A stretch of DNA of 54,404 bases from Gemmatimonadaceae bacterium (GCA_039924445.1 JBDTAW010000032.1:1-54404); one strand, 5' to 3'; counted from the first letter of the stretch, positions 1 through 6,690 are shown. Numbers and translations are program-made. Notes: generated from the letters alone by a model not told the origin.

Positions 1-128
1 ATTCGTCCAGTACGGGGACGGAGTAGGGGCGGACTCCGGATGTCCGGAGTTCACTGCCCAGTGACTTGAAACGACTCTCAGCTCAAGTGACGGTCGCAGA
101 CGCCGCGATAGCGGAGCCTCCGCGAGCC

Positions 129-199
129 GTCTAACCGTCGCGGCCTCACGCCCGAAATCAGCGGAGCGCGTAGCGCGTCCACTGATTGAGTTGTTAGAC
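129..199. repeat. attC-like site (candidate)
   Basis: GTCTAAC at 129..135 and its exact reverse complement GTTAGAC at 193..199, total 71 bp. Contains an internal AATCAGCGG / CCACTGATT pairing. Lies 13 nt downstream of the rhodanese stop. Confidence 0.55.
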
Positions 200-211
200 C
201 GCTGGCCGCCG

Positions 212-592
212 CTAAACGTTTATCGGTTTACCGGCCGCTTGCCAGGCTTTGAACCCGCCATCGAGGTGCGCCACGTTCGTGTACCCAAGCTCACGCAGAG
301 CCAAAATGGCAAGGGCAGACCGACCACCCGATGCGCAATACAGGATGACTCGGCCGTCTGGGTTGAGCTCTGCCTTGTGGTATGGACTGCTTGGATCGGC
401 ATAGAACTCAAGCATTCCCCGTGAGGCGTGTACGGCGCCCGCGATCGTGCCACTAGACAACTCCGGGGCGTCGCGAATATCCACGAGCGTGACGTTGCCC
501 GCGGCTATCTCGGCCTGCACCTGATCTGGCGTGAGATTTTCGATGCGACTCTTTGCATCCTGAACAAGTTGTGTTGCTGTCTTACCTGTCAT
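212..592 (-). CDS. Rhodanese-domain sulfurtransferase
   Basis: 126 aa ORF with the rhodanese active-site loop CASGGRS and the typical single-domain length. Confidence 0.85.
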   Translation of the reverse strand: MTGKTATQLVQDAKSRIENLTPDQVQAEIAAGNVTLVDIRDAPELSSGTIAGAVHASRGMLEFYADPSSPYHKAELNPDGRVILYCASGGRSALAILALRELGYTNVAHLDGGFKAWQAAGKPINV

Positions 593-622
593 AAGTCACC
601 TCCGATTGGTGTTCCCAAAGCG

Positions 623-727
623 GTCTAACGGGTATTAGACTGCAACGCTCTGCTTCAGTAGCGATGCATGATTGCGGCGATTCCTCATCGAGCACCATCC
701 AGTCGCCCGCTACGGATAACGTTAAAC
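623..727. repeat. attC-like site (candidate; alternatively only the 18-nt palindrome 623..640)
   Basis: GTCTAAC at 623..629 and GTTAAAC at 721..727 (105 bp). The flanks GTCTAACGGGTAT and ATAACGTTAAAC are partly complementary. The left core lies 31 nt upstream of the rhodanese start. Confidence 0.4.
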
Positions 728-793
728 GTCAACTTGCCGGCGAAGCGCCAGCCGCGCGGGAAAATTCAGGACGTTGCGGAAATGCTGCGAATG

Positions 794-867
794 TAGTAAC
801 GAGAGTAACGAGGATCAGATCTTGCGCGATAGTAACGAGCGAGTAACGAGGGTCAGATCTTGCGTGA
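794..867. repeat. Tandem duplication (36 + 38 nt) of the palindrome left arm plus its flank
   Basis: TAGTAACGAGAGTAACGAGGATCAGATCTTGCGCGA (794..829) is followed by TAGTAACGAGCGAGTAACGAGGGTCAGATCTTGCGTGA (830..867). Confidence 0.8.
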
Positions 868-906
868 TACACATGCGCAGTTTGCGCCATGCAAGATCTG
901 ACCCCG
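850..906. repeat. REP-like palindromic element, copy 1
   Basis: GGGTCAGATCTTGC ... GCAAGATCTGACCCC inverted arms, downstream of the VOC gene stop at 964. Same sequence family as 2535..2592 and 4221..4274. Confidence 0.8.
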
Positions 907-963
907 AACACCGACGCGCAGCGCCGTCCGCTGCAACCGGCTATTGGGCAACGCCGTTCCAGT

Positions 964-1359
964 TCACCGCCGAACTTCGCTCATGAGCGCAAGAAGGTTT
1001 TCGTCCGGATCGCGGAAGAAAGCCATCCACAATTCGTGGTCGGGTAGTGTTGCTATGAGATGAGGTTTTGCTTCAAAGACGACGCCTCGTGCCGACAATG
1101 CTTCGAAAGCCGTATCGAGGTCTGCGACCCTGTAGTAGATGACTGAACTGTAATTCCCGGATTGCGCTTTGGCGGGAGCATCCAGCATGAGCCGGACGCC
1201 GGCGCAGTCAAAGAAGCCGAGGCCCGGCGGGGCCTGAAAGAGAAATCGCATTCCCAGAGTGTCGCGGTAAAAGGCGACTGCCCGTTCGATATCACTGACC
1301 GGGACGGAAATTTGCCCGATCTGGTTCAGTTCACAGTTGGCTGTCACAGAGCCGGTCAT
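964..1359 (-). CDS. VOC family (glyoxalase/bleomycin resistance/dioxygenase) protein
   Basis: 131 aa. N-terminal motif VPVSDIERAVAFYRDTLGM and overall VOC-like pattern. GGAGG RBS upstream of the start. Confidence 0.8.
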   Translation of the reverse strand: MTGSVTANCELNQIGQISVPVSDIERAVAFYRDTLGMRFLFQAPPGLGFFDCAGVRLMLDAPAKAQSGNYSSVIYYRVADLDTAFEALSARGVVFEAKPHLIATLPDHELWMAFFRDPDENLLALMSEVRR

Positions 1360-1384
1360 GGAGGTTTCCTCCCGTTAGGTATCG

Positions 1385-1448
1385 GTCCACCCAATGCTGA
1401 ATATACGTGACTCGCGGACGACGAGTCCGCTTGATTGAACGGTTGGAC
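1385..1448. repeat. attC-like site (candidate)
   Basis: Left end GTCCACC (one mismatch to RYYYAAC), right end GTTGGAC. Central perfect hairpin GCGGAC-N5-GTCCGC. Lies 17 nt downstream of the cupin stop. The right flank TTGAACGGTTGGACTGC is shared with the 3539..3623 site. Confidence 0.45.
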
Positions 1449-1464
1449 TGCAAGTGACGCACCC

Positions 1465-2028
1465 TTATTGCCGCGTGCTACGTAACTCAAGAACTTTCTG
1501 TGGGTCGATGCGGATAATCGTGTACACGATGTGCGAAGTTGTGATGTCGACGAAGCCGTGCGGTACGTGCGGCGGAATAATGACGATGTCGCCGGGAACT
1601 ACATGACGCGATGTTCCTCCAACGACGGACTGACCCGAGGAACTCGGGCCGATCTCACCCACGACTGCGGCAGCGGTCAGAGGTTTTGGCGACTTCAACG
1701 CCCCGCCCGTAACAAGAACTCCTTCACCTTCGATTATCTGATAAACCTCGGCGACATCGTCATGAATCAGCGCATCGGGCAGCATGCGACCGTCGATTTT
1801 GGTCCGACGAACCACGGCGAGCCCGACGTTGTACTTTGCCTCTATCGGTACTACACGGAGTGGAGAATCTGAAAACGCACCGGTGTTGCTTTTTTCTACC
1901 GCTGCTTTGATTTCTACTGCGCTAACGAAAGTCGCAGGAGTGGCTGTAGCTTGGGTTGCCGCATCATATTTTGCCGAGGCCCCGGTCGATACGGCGAGTG
2001 CTGCCATTACAAGCCAATTAGCCCTCAT
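1465..2028 (-). CDS. Secreted cupin-domain protein
   Basis: Start chosen at MRANWLVMAALAVSTGASA (signal peptide) with an AAGGAG RBS. The C-terminal PGDIVIIPPHVPHGF is a cupin motif. The longer ORF reaching 2163 has no RBS. Confidence 0.7.
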   Translation of the reverse strand: MRANWLVMAALAVSTGASAKYDAATQATATPATFVSAVEIKAAVEKSNTGAFSDSPLRVVPIEAKYNVGLAVVRRTKIDGRMLPDALIHDDVAEVYQIIEGEGVLVTGGALKSPKPLTAAAVVGEIGPSSSGQSVVGGTSRHVVPGDIVIIPPHVPHGFVDITTSHIVYTIIRIDPQKVLELRSTRQ

Positions 2029-2141
2029 AAGCCTACTCCTTGCTGTGGTGACAGACTCCCGCCCGCTGGCGCAGCCAGCGGACGGTCGGCTGGAATGAAC
2101 TGTTGACCTCGCCTCATTTATAGTCCGGTCCGTTCCGCACT

Positions 2142-2466
2142 TCAGCCACTCCCCACTCCCCACTCCCCGTTGACCTTGGTGAACAAGAGGAAGTACGGCG
2201 TTCGTGGTCCTGAACCTGATACCGGGGCGGAGTCTACATCAACAAACAAAAAATTGCCCATCATCAAGACGTGCAACGGCATCCGCGTGCATAGTCGAAA
2301 CCATCCCGGCTACATCGTCTTTCCGTGCGGATGATGCATGCTTTTCTATGAGTAATCTGATCGTTTGCACGTCAGCGGGAGTTTCAGAAACCGTCTGAGC
2401 GCTCGCAGTCATGGCTCCGAGGGCCACTAAAAGCGAAAAACTGCAAATCGCGACGTGTTTTTCCAT
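2142..2466 (-). pseudogene. SnoaL/DUF4440-like secreted protein, apparently frameshifted at a T6 run
   Basis: The 75-codon ORF 2239..2466 (signal peptide, then LIEKHASSARKDDVAGMVSTMHADAV) stops just after a T6 run (plus-strand A6 at 2248..2253). A shifted frame continues with PYFLLFTKVNGEWGV, which resembles a DUF4440 C-terminus, to a stop at 2142. Confidence 0.45.
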
Positions 2467-2534
2467 GCTTTTCTCCACGAGAATCGTTCGAGGTGTGAAG
2501 CATCTTTGATGGGCTACTCTACTGGAATACTCCA

Positions 2535-2592
2535 GGGTCAGATCTTGCGTGATGCACACGCGCGCAATGTGCATCACGCAAGATCTGACCCC
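2535..2592. repeat. REP-like palindromic element, copy 2 (most perfect)
   Basis: GGGTCAGATCTTGCGTGATGCACA-loop-TGTGCATCACGCAAGATCTGACCCC, a 24-bp perfect stem. Lies immediately downstream of the VOC gene stop at 2602. Confidence 0.85.
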
Positions 2593-2601
2593 GAGTTCCC
2601 T

Positions 2602-3000
2602 TCAATCGTGCAGCAGACGATAGAATTGCAGGCTATTGCGACTTGGATCACGGAGATGAAACTCTCTCGTGCCCCACGGTGTGTCAGCAGGTACGGCCCA
2701 TGGGCTACCGTCGCTCGTATCCGGACGGACCGCTCCGCTTTCACGAAATTCCTCAAAGATCGCGTCGACATCACTGACCATGAAGCGGAATGCAGGCCGA
2801 TCGATCGGATATGCCCACTGCTCTGCATCGGCCCACTGAATATGCAACTGCACTTCATCTCGCTGTATGCCAACGTACTTCGGATTCTTCAGGTCGTCTC
2901 GAAAGACAACGACGAACCCGAGAGTCTCGTAGAACCGTACTACTTCACTTACATCGCGAGCACCAAGCACAGGATGCACGGCTTGAAGAGAAGCACTCAT
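2602..3000 (-). CDS. VOC family protein (bleomycin-resistance-like)
   Basis: 132 aa. HPVLGARDVSEVVRFYETLGF and a C-terminal WGTREFHLRDPSRNSL pattern, typical of the glyoxalase/bleomycin-resistance fold. Confidence 0.75.
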   Translation of the reverse strand: MSASLQAVHPVLGARDVSEVVRFYETLGFVVVFRDDLKNPKYVGIQRDEVQLHIQWADAEQWAYPIDRPAFRFMVSDVDAIFEEFRESGAVRPDTSDGSPWAVPADTPWGTREFHLRDPSRNSLQFYRLLHD

Positions 3001-3538
3001 TATACGCCTCCGGAAGATGTCGTCCGTTTATGCGTTCCGATGCAGATATGTTCGTCGCAGGCGCACGCTTGAATGAATTGTCAGGCGGGAGCTCGAGCGC
3101 CTGGAAGACGAATGGAACCAAGCGTTTTGCGTGACGCATGTACTCAAAGTACTCGGGATACGCGGTGACGAGGAACTGTTCCTCAACCACCATTCGCAGC
3201 AACAGCCCCGCGGTTACTGCTATTGCCAGCGAGACAGAAACTACGGTTGGCATCTCCACCTGGCCAGCCCACACGAAATAGATGATGGAGGCATATATGG
3301 GATGCCGCCAATAGCGGTACGGCCCAGTTGTAACGAGGCCGCCGCTGGTTGTGTTGGTAGTTGCGTGAAGGCTGCGAAGACCAAACGTCGAGCGGGCCCA
3401 GAGCATGAGAAGAACGGCACATGCTTGAACTGCTAACAGCAGTTAGTTGGTGGCGAACAGATGATGAATGACAAAAAGCCACACCATGCCCGCAACTGCC
3501 ACCAGGAGCCCGCCAAGTGAAAGCGTTTTTCTTAGCAA
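2945..3538 (-). pseudogene. Isoprenylcysteine carboxyl methyltransferase (ICMT/PEMT) family protein interrupted by an in-frame TAA
   Basis: The 153-aa ORF has the motif LVTTGPYRYWRHPIYASIIYFVWAG. The same frame upstream reads LRKTLSLGGLLVAVAGMVWLFVIHHLFATN-TAA-LLLAVQACAVLL, a hydrophobic N-terminal extension broken by a TAA at 3443..3445. A possible TTG start is at 3538. The 3' end overlaps the VOC gene by 56 nt. Confidence 0.5.
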
Positions 3539-3623
3539 GTCCGATCCTCGGTTGAATCGCCTTGCTGCCTACGGCTGGAGCTAAGCGGCGGCGAAGCCGT
3601 CCGCGTTGAACGGATAGTTGGAC
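3539..3623. repeat. attC-like site (candidate)
   Basis: The right end GTTGAACGGATAGTTGGACTGC closely resembles the right end of the 1385..1448 site. The left arm GTCCGATCCTCGGTTGAATCG is partly complementary to it. Lies 18 nt downstream of the stop of the 3641..4144 gene. Confidence 0.4.
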
Positions 3624-3640
3624 TGCTGAGCGTCGCACGT

Positions 3641-4144
3641 TCATTGGCAGCCGCTGCCGCCGCTACAACTCGTTGTTACATAAAGCTCGGAGCGAATACG
3701 CCACTTCCCATCTACAAGCTGCCACATCACGAGGTAGCGCCCGCCATATGTCAGAACCTGGCCTTTAGCGCGCTCGCGCCACTGCCAAATTCCCGTTTCC
3801 GCCGCATCCTTTGGGCCCCCCGTGGCAACCTCAATTCTATTCGGTGTGCGACGGCCGGATACGAACCTGTTGCCGTTGAAAATTTCCTTGAAGCCCTCGA
3901 CGTTCTGATCTCCGCCGACCCACGAACTTCCGTCTGACCCTGTGGTACTGACGTCCGGAAGCCAATACTTGGCTGTTGTCTCCAGATCCCTATTGGTGAG
4001 CGCAGCATTAAGTTCGGTCCTGGCCGACCGAATGGCTGCTTCGGCCGCGCTCATGTGCATCTGCTTTGCCGCCGCAGCCGGCGCTTGACCGAACACTAGC
4101 GTTGATGTCGCTAAAGAGCAGGCAACACACAGCATCTTGAGCAT
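3641..4144 (-). CDS. Secreted DUF4440/SnoaL-like (NTF2 fold) protein
   Basis: Start at MLKMLCVACSLATSTLVFGQA (signal peptide). C-terminal GRYLVMWQLVDGKWRIRSE is typical of the DUF4440/NTF2-like fold. The longer ORF reaching 4348 runs through the palindromic repeat and is not credible. Confidence 0.7.
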   Translation of the reverse strand: MLKMLCVACSLATSTLVFGQAPAAAAKQMHMSAAEAAIRSARTELNAALTNRDLETTAKYWLPDVSTTGSDGSSWVGGDQNVEGFKEIFNGNRFVSGRRTPNRIEVATGGPKDAAETGIWQWRERAKGQVLTYGGRYLVMWQLVDGKWRIRSELYVTTSCSGGSGCQ

Positions 4145-4220
4145 GGGCGCCCCTGGTTTTTTGAACCACACAATTGTGAAATATGTCGAGCGATCTAACG
4201 CGCAAGTTATAACAAATTTA

Positions 4221-4274
4221 GGGTCAGCTCTTGCGTGATGGACACGCAATGTGCGCCGCGCAGGATCTGACCCC
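4221..4274. repeat. REP-like palindromic element, copy 3 (degenerate)
   Basis: GGGTCAGCTCTTGCGTGATGGACA ... GCGCAGGATCTGACCCC, followed by the same GAGTTCCC tail as copy 2. Confidence 0.75.
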
Positions 4275-4329
4275 GAGTTCCCCGTAATCCTGCCGGTTTG
4301 GATCGTGCAATTTCTGACCCTGGTTCGCC

Positions 4330-4539
4330 CGCGACGAGCGGCCCCCACTCGTGCACGCTTGGAGTCGACATGGGCGGACCGAATCGAGAGCCACGGATTT
4401 CAATCTGATGCTGCCACGCGAAGCTCGCCTGCGGCTCGTCGGCGGCCGTATCCGGGAGGACAAACGCGTTCGGCGACGGGACATCGGTGCCGTTGACTAT
4501 GAGCTGCCCGTGACGCATGAGGAGCGTATCGCCGGCGAG
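4330..4539 (-). pseudogene. Signal peptidase I (S26)-like internal fragment
   Basis: LAGDTLLMRHGQLIVNG ... FAWQHQ ... HEWGPLV resembles the middle of bacterial LepB. The catalytic Ser/Lys regions and the C-terminal GDNRxxSxDSR box are absent. The ORF runs into repeat copy 3. Confidence 0.35.
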
Positions 4540-4678
4540 CGACGCACGTGGAACAGGAGTTGTGCGTGTCGCAGCGATGCGTGCCGCTCGATTCCGTCGA
4601 GACTTGCCCATTCGTGATGCCTCCAGATCGAGTGCGAACTTGACTCTTCCTAACGATAGTGAAAAAACTGCGATGCCC

Positions 4679-4733
4679 GCCTAACGCGTGAGCTCAGCCG
4701 ACGGCAAGCCGCGTAGCGGGTTGACGGTCGGCG
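4679..4733. repeat. attC-like / inverted repeat (weak candidate)
   Basis: GCCTAAC at 4679..4685. Imperfect palindrome GCCGACGGCAAGC (4697..4709) / GGTTGACGGTCGGC (4719..4732). The right arm resembles TTGAACGGTTGGAC of the other sites. Lies 40 nt downstream of the DUF4345 stop. Confidence 0.3.
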
Positions 4734-4772
4734 GCAGCGAAATGTCAGGCGCCCGCCCCCGAAGAGCCGAAC

Positions 4773-5159
4773 TCATCTGCTTGCGTAGTGTGCACCGGCC
4801 AGGACAAACGGCAGCACCAATTCAGGGATGAGATAGCCAAGCCAGACGACGCGCGGCTCAGGCAAACCAACCTTTGCGATAGAGACCAAACGCCCGACGC
4901 CGGCGAGTAGAACGCCTAGAGCCAGCAAATAGACAAGAAAGCCCTGCTGGCGGACGGTGACACCGGCCCATATGCAGATGAAGCCGGTTGACAAATAAAC
5001 GCCGGCCATGAATCTGTGAACGTTGTCGAGGCGCGGCGATGTATCGGGTTGCCCGAGATAGAACTGCAACGAGCCACCGACGATTGAGATAGCGGAGATC
5101 AGAAAGAGGCACACCTGAACGATGTGCTGGCTGATGTTCATCGAAGTTTCAATCGGCAT
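4773..5159 (-). CDS. DUF4345-like small membrane protein
   Basis: 128 aa with four predicted hydrophobic helices. The family call is from memory of the motif pattern. GAGGAG RBS. Confidence 0.55.
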   Translation of the reverse strand: MPIETSMNISQHIVQVCLFLISAISIVGGSLQFYLGQPDTSPRLDNVHRFMAGVYLSTGFICIWAGVTVRQQGFLVYLLALGVLLAGVGRLVSIAKVGLPEPRVVWLGYLIPELVLPFVLAGAHYASR

Positions 5160-5176
5160 GGCGGCTCCTCTTCAAC

Positions 5177-5277
5177 GCCTAATGCCCAGCGCTCAGTTGC
5201 GGGCGCGTCAAATAAGAAGCGAATGCGAAGCGTTCGCAAGTCCTCAGATCGCCCGTCTGCTGCAGCGTTCGTTAGCT
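5177..5277. repeat. attC-like site (candidate)
   Basis: GCCTAAT at 5177..5183 and GTTAGCT at 5271..5277 (101 bp). The arms AGCGCTCAG..CGGGCG and CGCCCG..CTGCAGCGTT are partly complementary. Contains a central GCGAA/TTCGC hairpin. The left core lies 18 nt upstream of the DUF4345 start. Confidence 0.35.
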
Positions 5278-5464
5278 AGCACACGAAACGGAACCCAACC
5301 GACGAGGTCTATGTTTCTCGACGGAGCGTCGAACTACGTGGCTTCGATCAGATCGAAGAACATCGAGTACGTCAGGGCGCGCAAACGAATCGAACAAGCG
5401 CCGCGCTGCGGACGGATCAACACAACAGAGCGTAAGCCGATCCGATCGCGAAGCCCTGCCCTCC

Positions 5465-5884
5465 TCACCCCCGCGCACCAACGCCACCTTCGCCCCCCGT
5501 CGCCACACCAGGCGACAGCATTGCGAACGAACACACCATAGCCAGGAGCCCGAGTCCATACCACTGGGCCTGGCCGGTGATGTAAAAGATTATGACGCCG
5601 ATCAACGCCGCACCCTCGCCGACGGCCCACCCGACGAGTAGCAACGAGGCTCGGCGCTGCGGCTCTCGTTCCCGTCCCACGCGTCCTTTCAGTACCGCGG
5701 CGATCGACACTGCCATAATCGAGTATGCCACCAGTACGTATTCAACAGTGATCGGGAGCACTCCGGGTTTCCAGTTCGGCTTTCGGTGAACGACCAGAAC
5801 GACGGCGCCGAAAAGCAATACGCCTGTCATCAGGAAAAGGCGGATCAGTTGCAATGGCTGAGGCCGTGGATTCGCACGGGGCAT
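5465..5884 (-). CDS. Hypothetical membrane protein
   Basis: Start taken at MPRANPRPQ. Four hydrophobic segments and no recognisable motif. Confidence 0.5.
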   Translation of the reverse strand: MPRANPRPQPLQLIRLFLMTGVLLFGAVVLVVHRKPNWKPGVLPITVEYVLVAYSIMAVSIAAVLKGRVGREREPQRRASLLLVGWAVGEGAALIGVIIFYITGQAQWYGLGLLAMVCSFAMLSPGVATGGEGGVGARG

Positions 5885-5973
5885 GGGTTCTCTCAGGTCG
5901 GCGGACACAGAGCAGGAATAGCGGACTAACGCCCAGCTCAACTGCAAGGGCGTGCAATAATCTGCACGCGAAG

Positions 5974-6162
5974 GATGGATTCCGCACTACGGGTCAAGTC
6001 CGACGGCACCACCTGCAGGAGTCCGTTCTACAGCGCGCAGTAAAATCCGCAGCGCGGCGGAGCGGCGTATCGAAGCTAGTGACGTATCACGGTTTCCGGC
6101 ATTCATTCGCAACAAACCTTCTGGCCGATGAATATGACATCCGGAAGATACAGGAGTCGCTC
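5974..6162 (+). pseudogene. intI: Integron integrase (IntI, tyrosine recombinase) C-terminal fragment
   Basis: [63 protein letters not shown] matches the conserved IntI block (RRHH..QRAVK..H-x-x-RHSFAT..GYDIRT[IV]QELLGH). No similarity upstream of about 5974. The LGH...Y catalytic tyrosine region is missing after 6162. Confidence 0.65.
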
Positions 6163-6318
6163 GTGTCTTATGCTGCGAGGCCAGCAGGATAAGACGGCGA
6201 CGATCTGATCGAGAAAATGCGGAACTGCTCGGCACGGAAGCAGAATATCCTTGCGAATGCGATTGGCGTGGGCATCTTATACTGCATGCTCGCAGCGTTT
6301 TTGAAGCAGGGCTCTGCA

Positions 6319-6336
6319 GTCTAAAACGGGTTAGAC
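6319..6336. repeat. Short core palindrome GTCTAAAACGGGTTAGAC
   Basis: Near-identical in design to GTCTAACGGGTATTAGAC at 623..640: both attC-type cores are present but separated by only a few nt. Confidence 0.3.
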
Positions 6337-6373
6337 CGCGCACGAGCCTCCATCGTCTTCGACCCTTTTACGC

Positions 6374-6589
6374 ATGCTAAAGCCTCAGACATGTCCCGAG
6401 TGCCACACTTCGATGGAAGAGGGCGTGACCCTCGACCTCGAAAGCCGCCGGACGCAGACGTGGCTTCAAGGCCCCGTCGAAGAGAAACGGTTGACCGGAA
6501 TCAAAACGCGCGGGAAGGAACTCCTGCGGGTGGTCAGCTATCGGTGTCCCAAGTGCGGGTACCTGAAGACGTTCGCGCCGCCGGTCTAA
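6374..6589 (+). CDS. Hypothetical zinc-ribbon protein
   Basis: 71 aa with CPEC near the N-terminus and CPKC near the C-terminus. No obvious RBS. Confidence 0.4.
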   Translation: MLKPQTCPECHTSMEEGVTLDLESRRTQTWLQGPVEEKRLTGIKTRGKELLRVVSYRCPKCGYLKTFAPPV

Positions 6590-6615
6590 CGAACGCTGAA
6601 GCTGACACGTTAGCC
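6584..6615. repeat. Short attC-core-like inverted repeat
   Basis: GTCTAACG (6584..) and CGTTAGCC (..6615) are separated by 16 nt. The zinc-ribbon ORF stop codon TAA lies inside the GTCTAAC core. Confidence 0.3.
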
Positions 6616-6690
6616 AGCACCCGCGCACTGCTTCGTGATTCAGCCATCAGCCGGTGACGATTCATGATCGTTCTACAAGGTTTCAGCGCC

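Larger units (their letters stand above)
129..6336. mobile_element. Decayed chromosomal integron: array of small minus-strand cassette-like ORFs separated by attC-like inverted repeats, ending at a truncated integron-integrase gene (CALIN-like)
   Basis: Inverted repeats with RYYYAAC / GTTRRRY-type ends recur just downstream of the stops of small unrelated minus-strand ORFs. An IntI-like C-terminal fragment lies on the plus strand at 5974..6162, divergent from the array as in classical integrons. Gene content (VOC, cupin, SnoaL, rhodanese) is typical of chromosomal cassettes. Confidence 0.5.

Noticed and set aside
664-986. Small ORFs (60-70 aa) encoding H-A-R-S-D-P-E-like peptides; similar peptides appear in ORFs at 2455.., 3641..4348 (N-terminal part) and 4251..
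   Set aside because: The shared peptide is the translation of the palindromic repeat read in different frames and strands. It reflects DNA-level repetition, not a conserved protein.
850-4274. Considered whether the GGGTCAGATCTTGCG palindromes are attC sites or a CRISPR array
   Set aside because: They lack RYYYAAC/GTTRRRY cores at their ends, so they are not attC sites. They are palindromic rather than direct repeats, are irregularly spaced (about 1.7 kb apart), and have genes between them, so they are not a CRISPR array.
6190-6323. Possible continuation of the intI frame after the TAA at 6190 (GILYCML read as a degenerate MIYTHVL tyrosine box)
   Set aside because: The spacing from the HGFRHSFAT box is far too long and the similarity is limited to 2-3 residues. 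I do not consider it supported.
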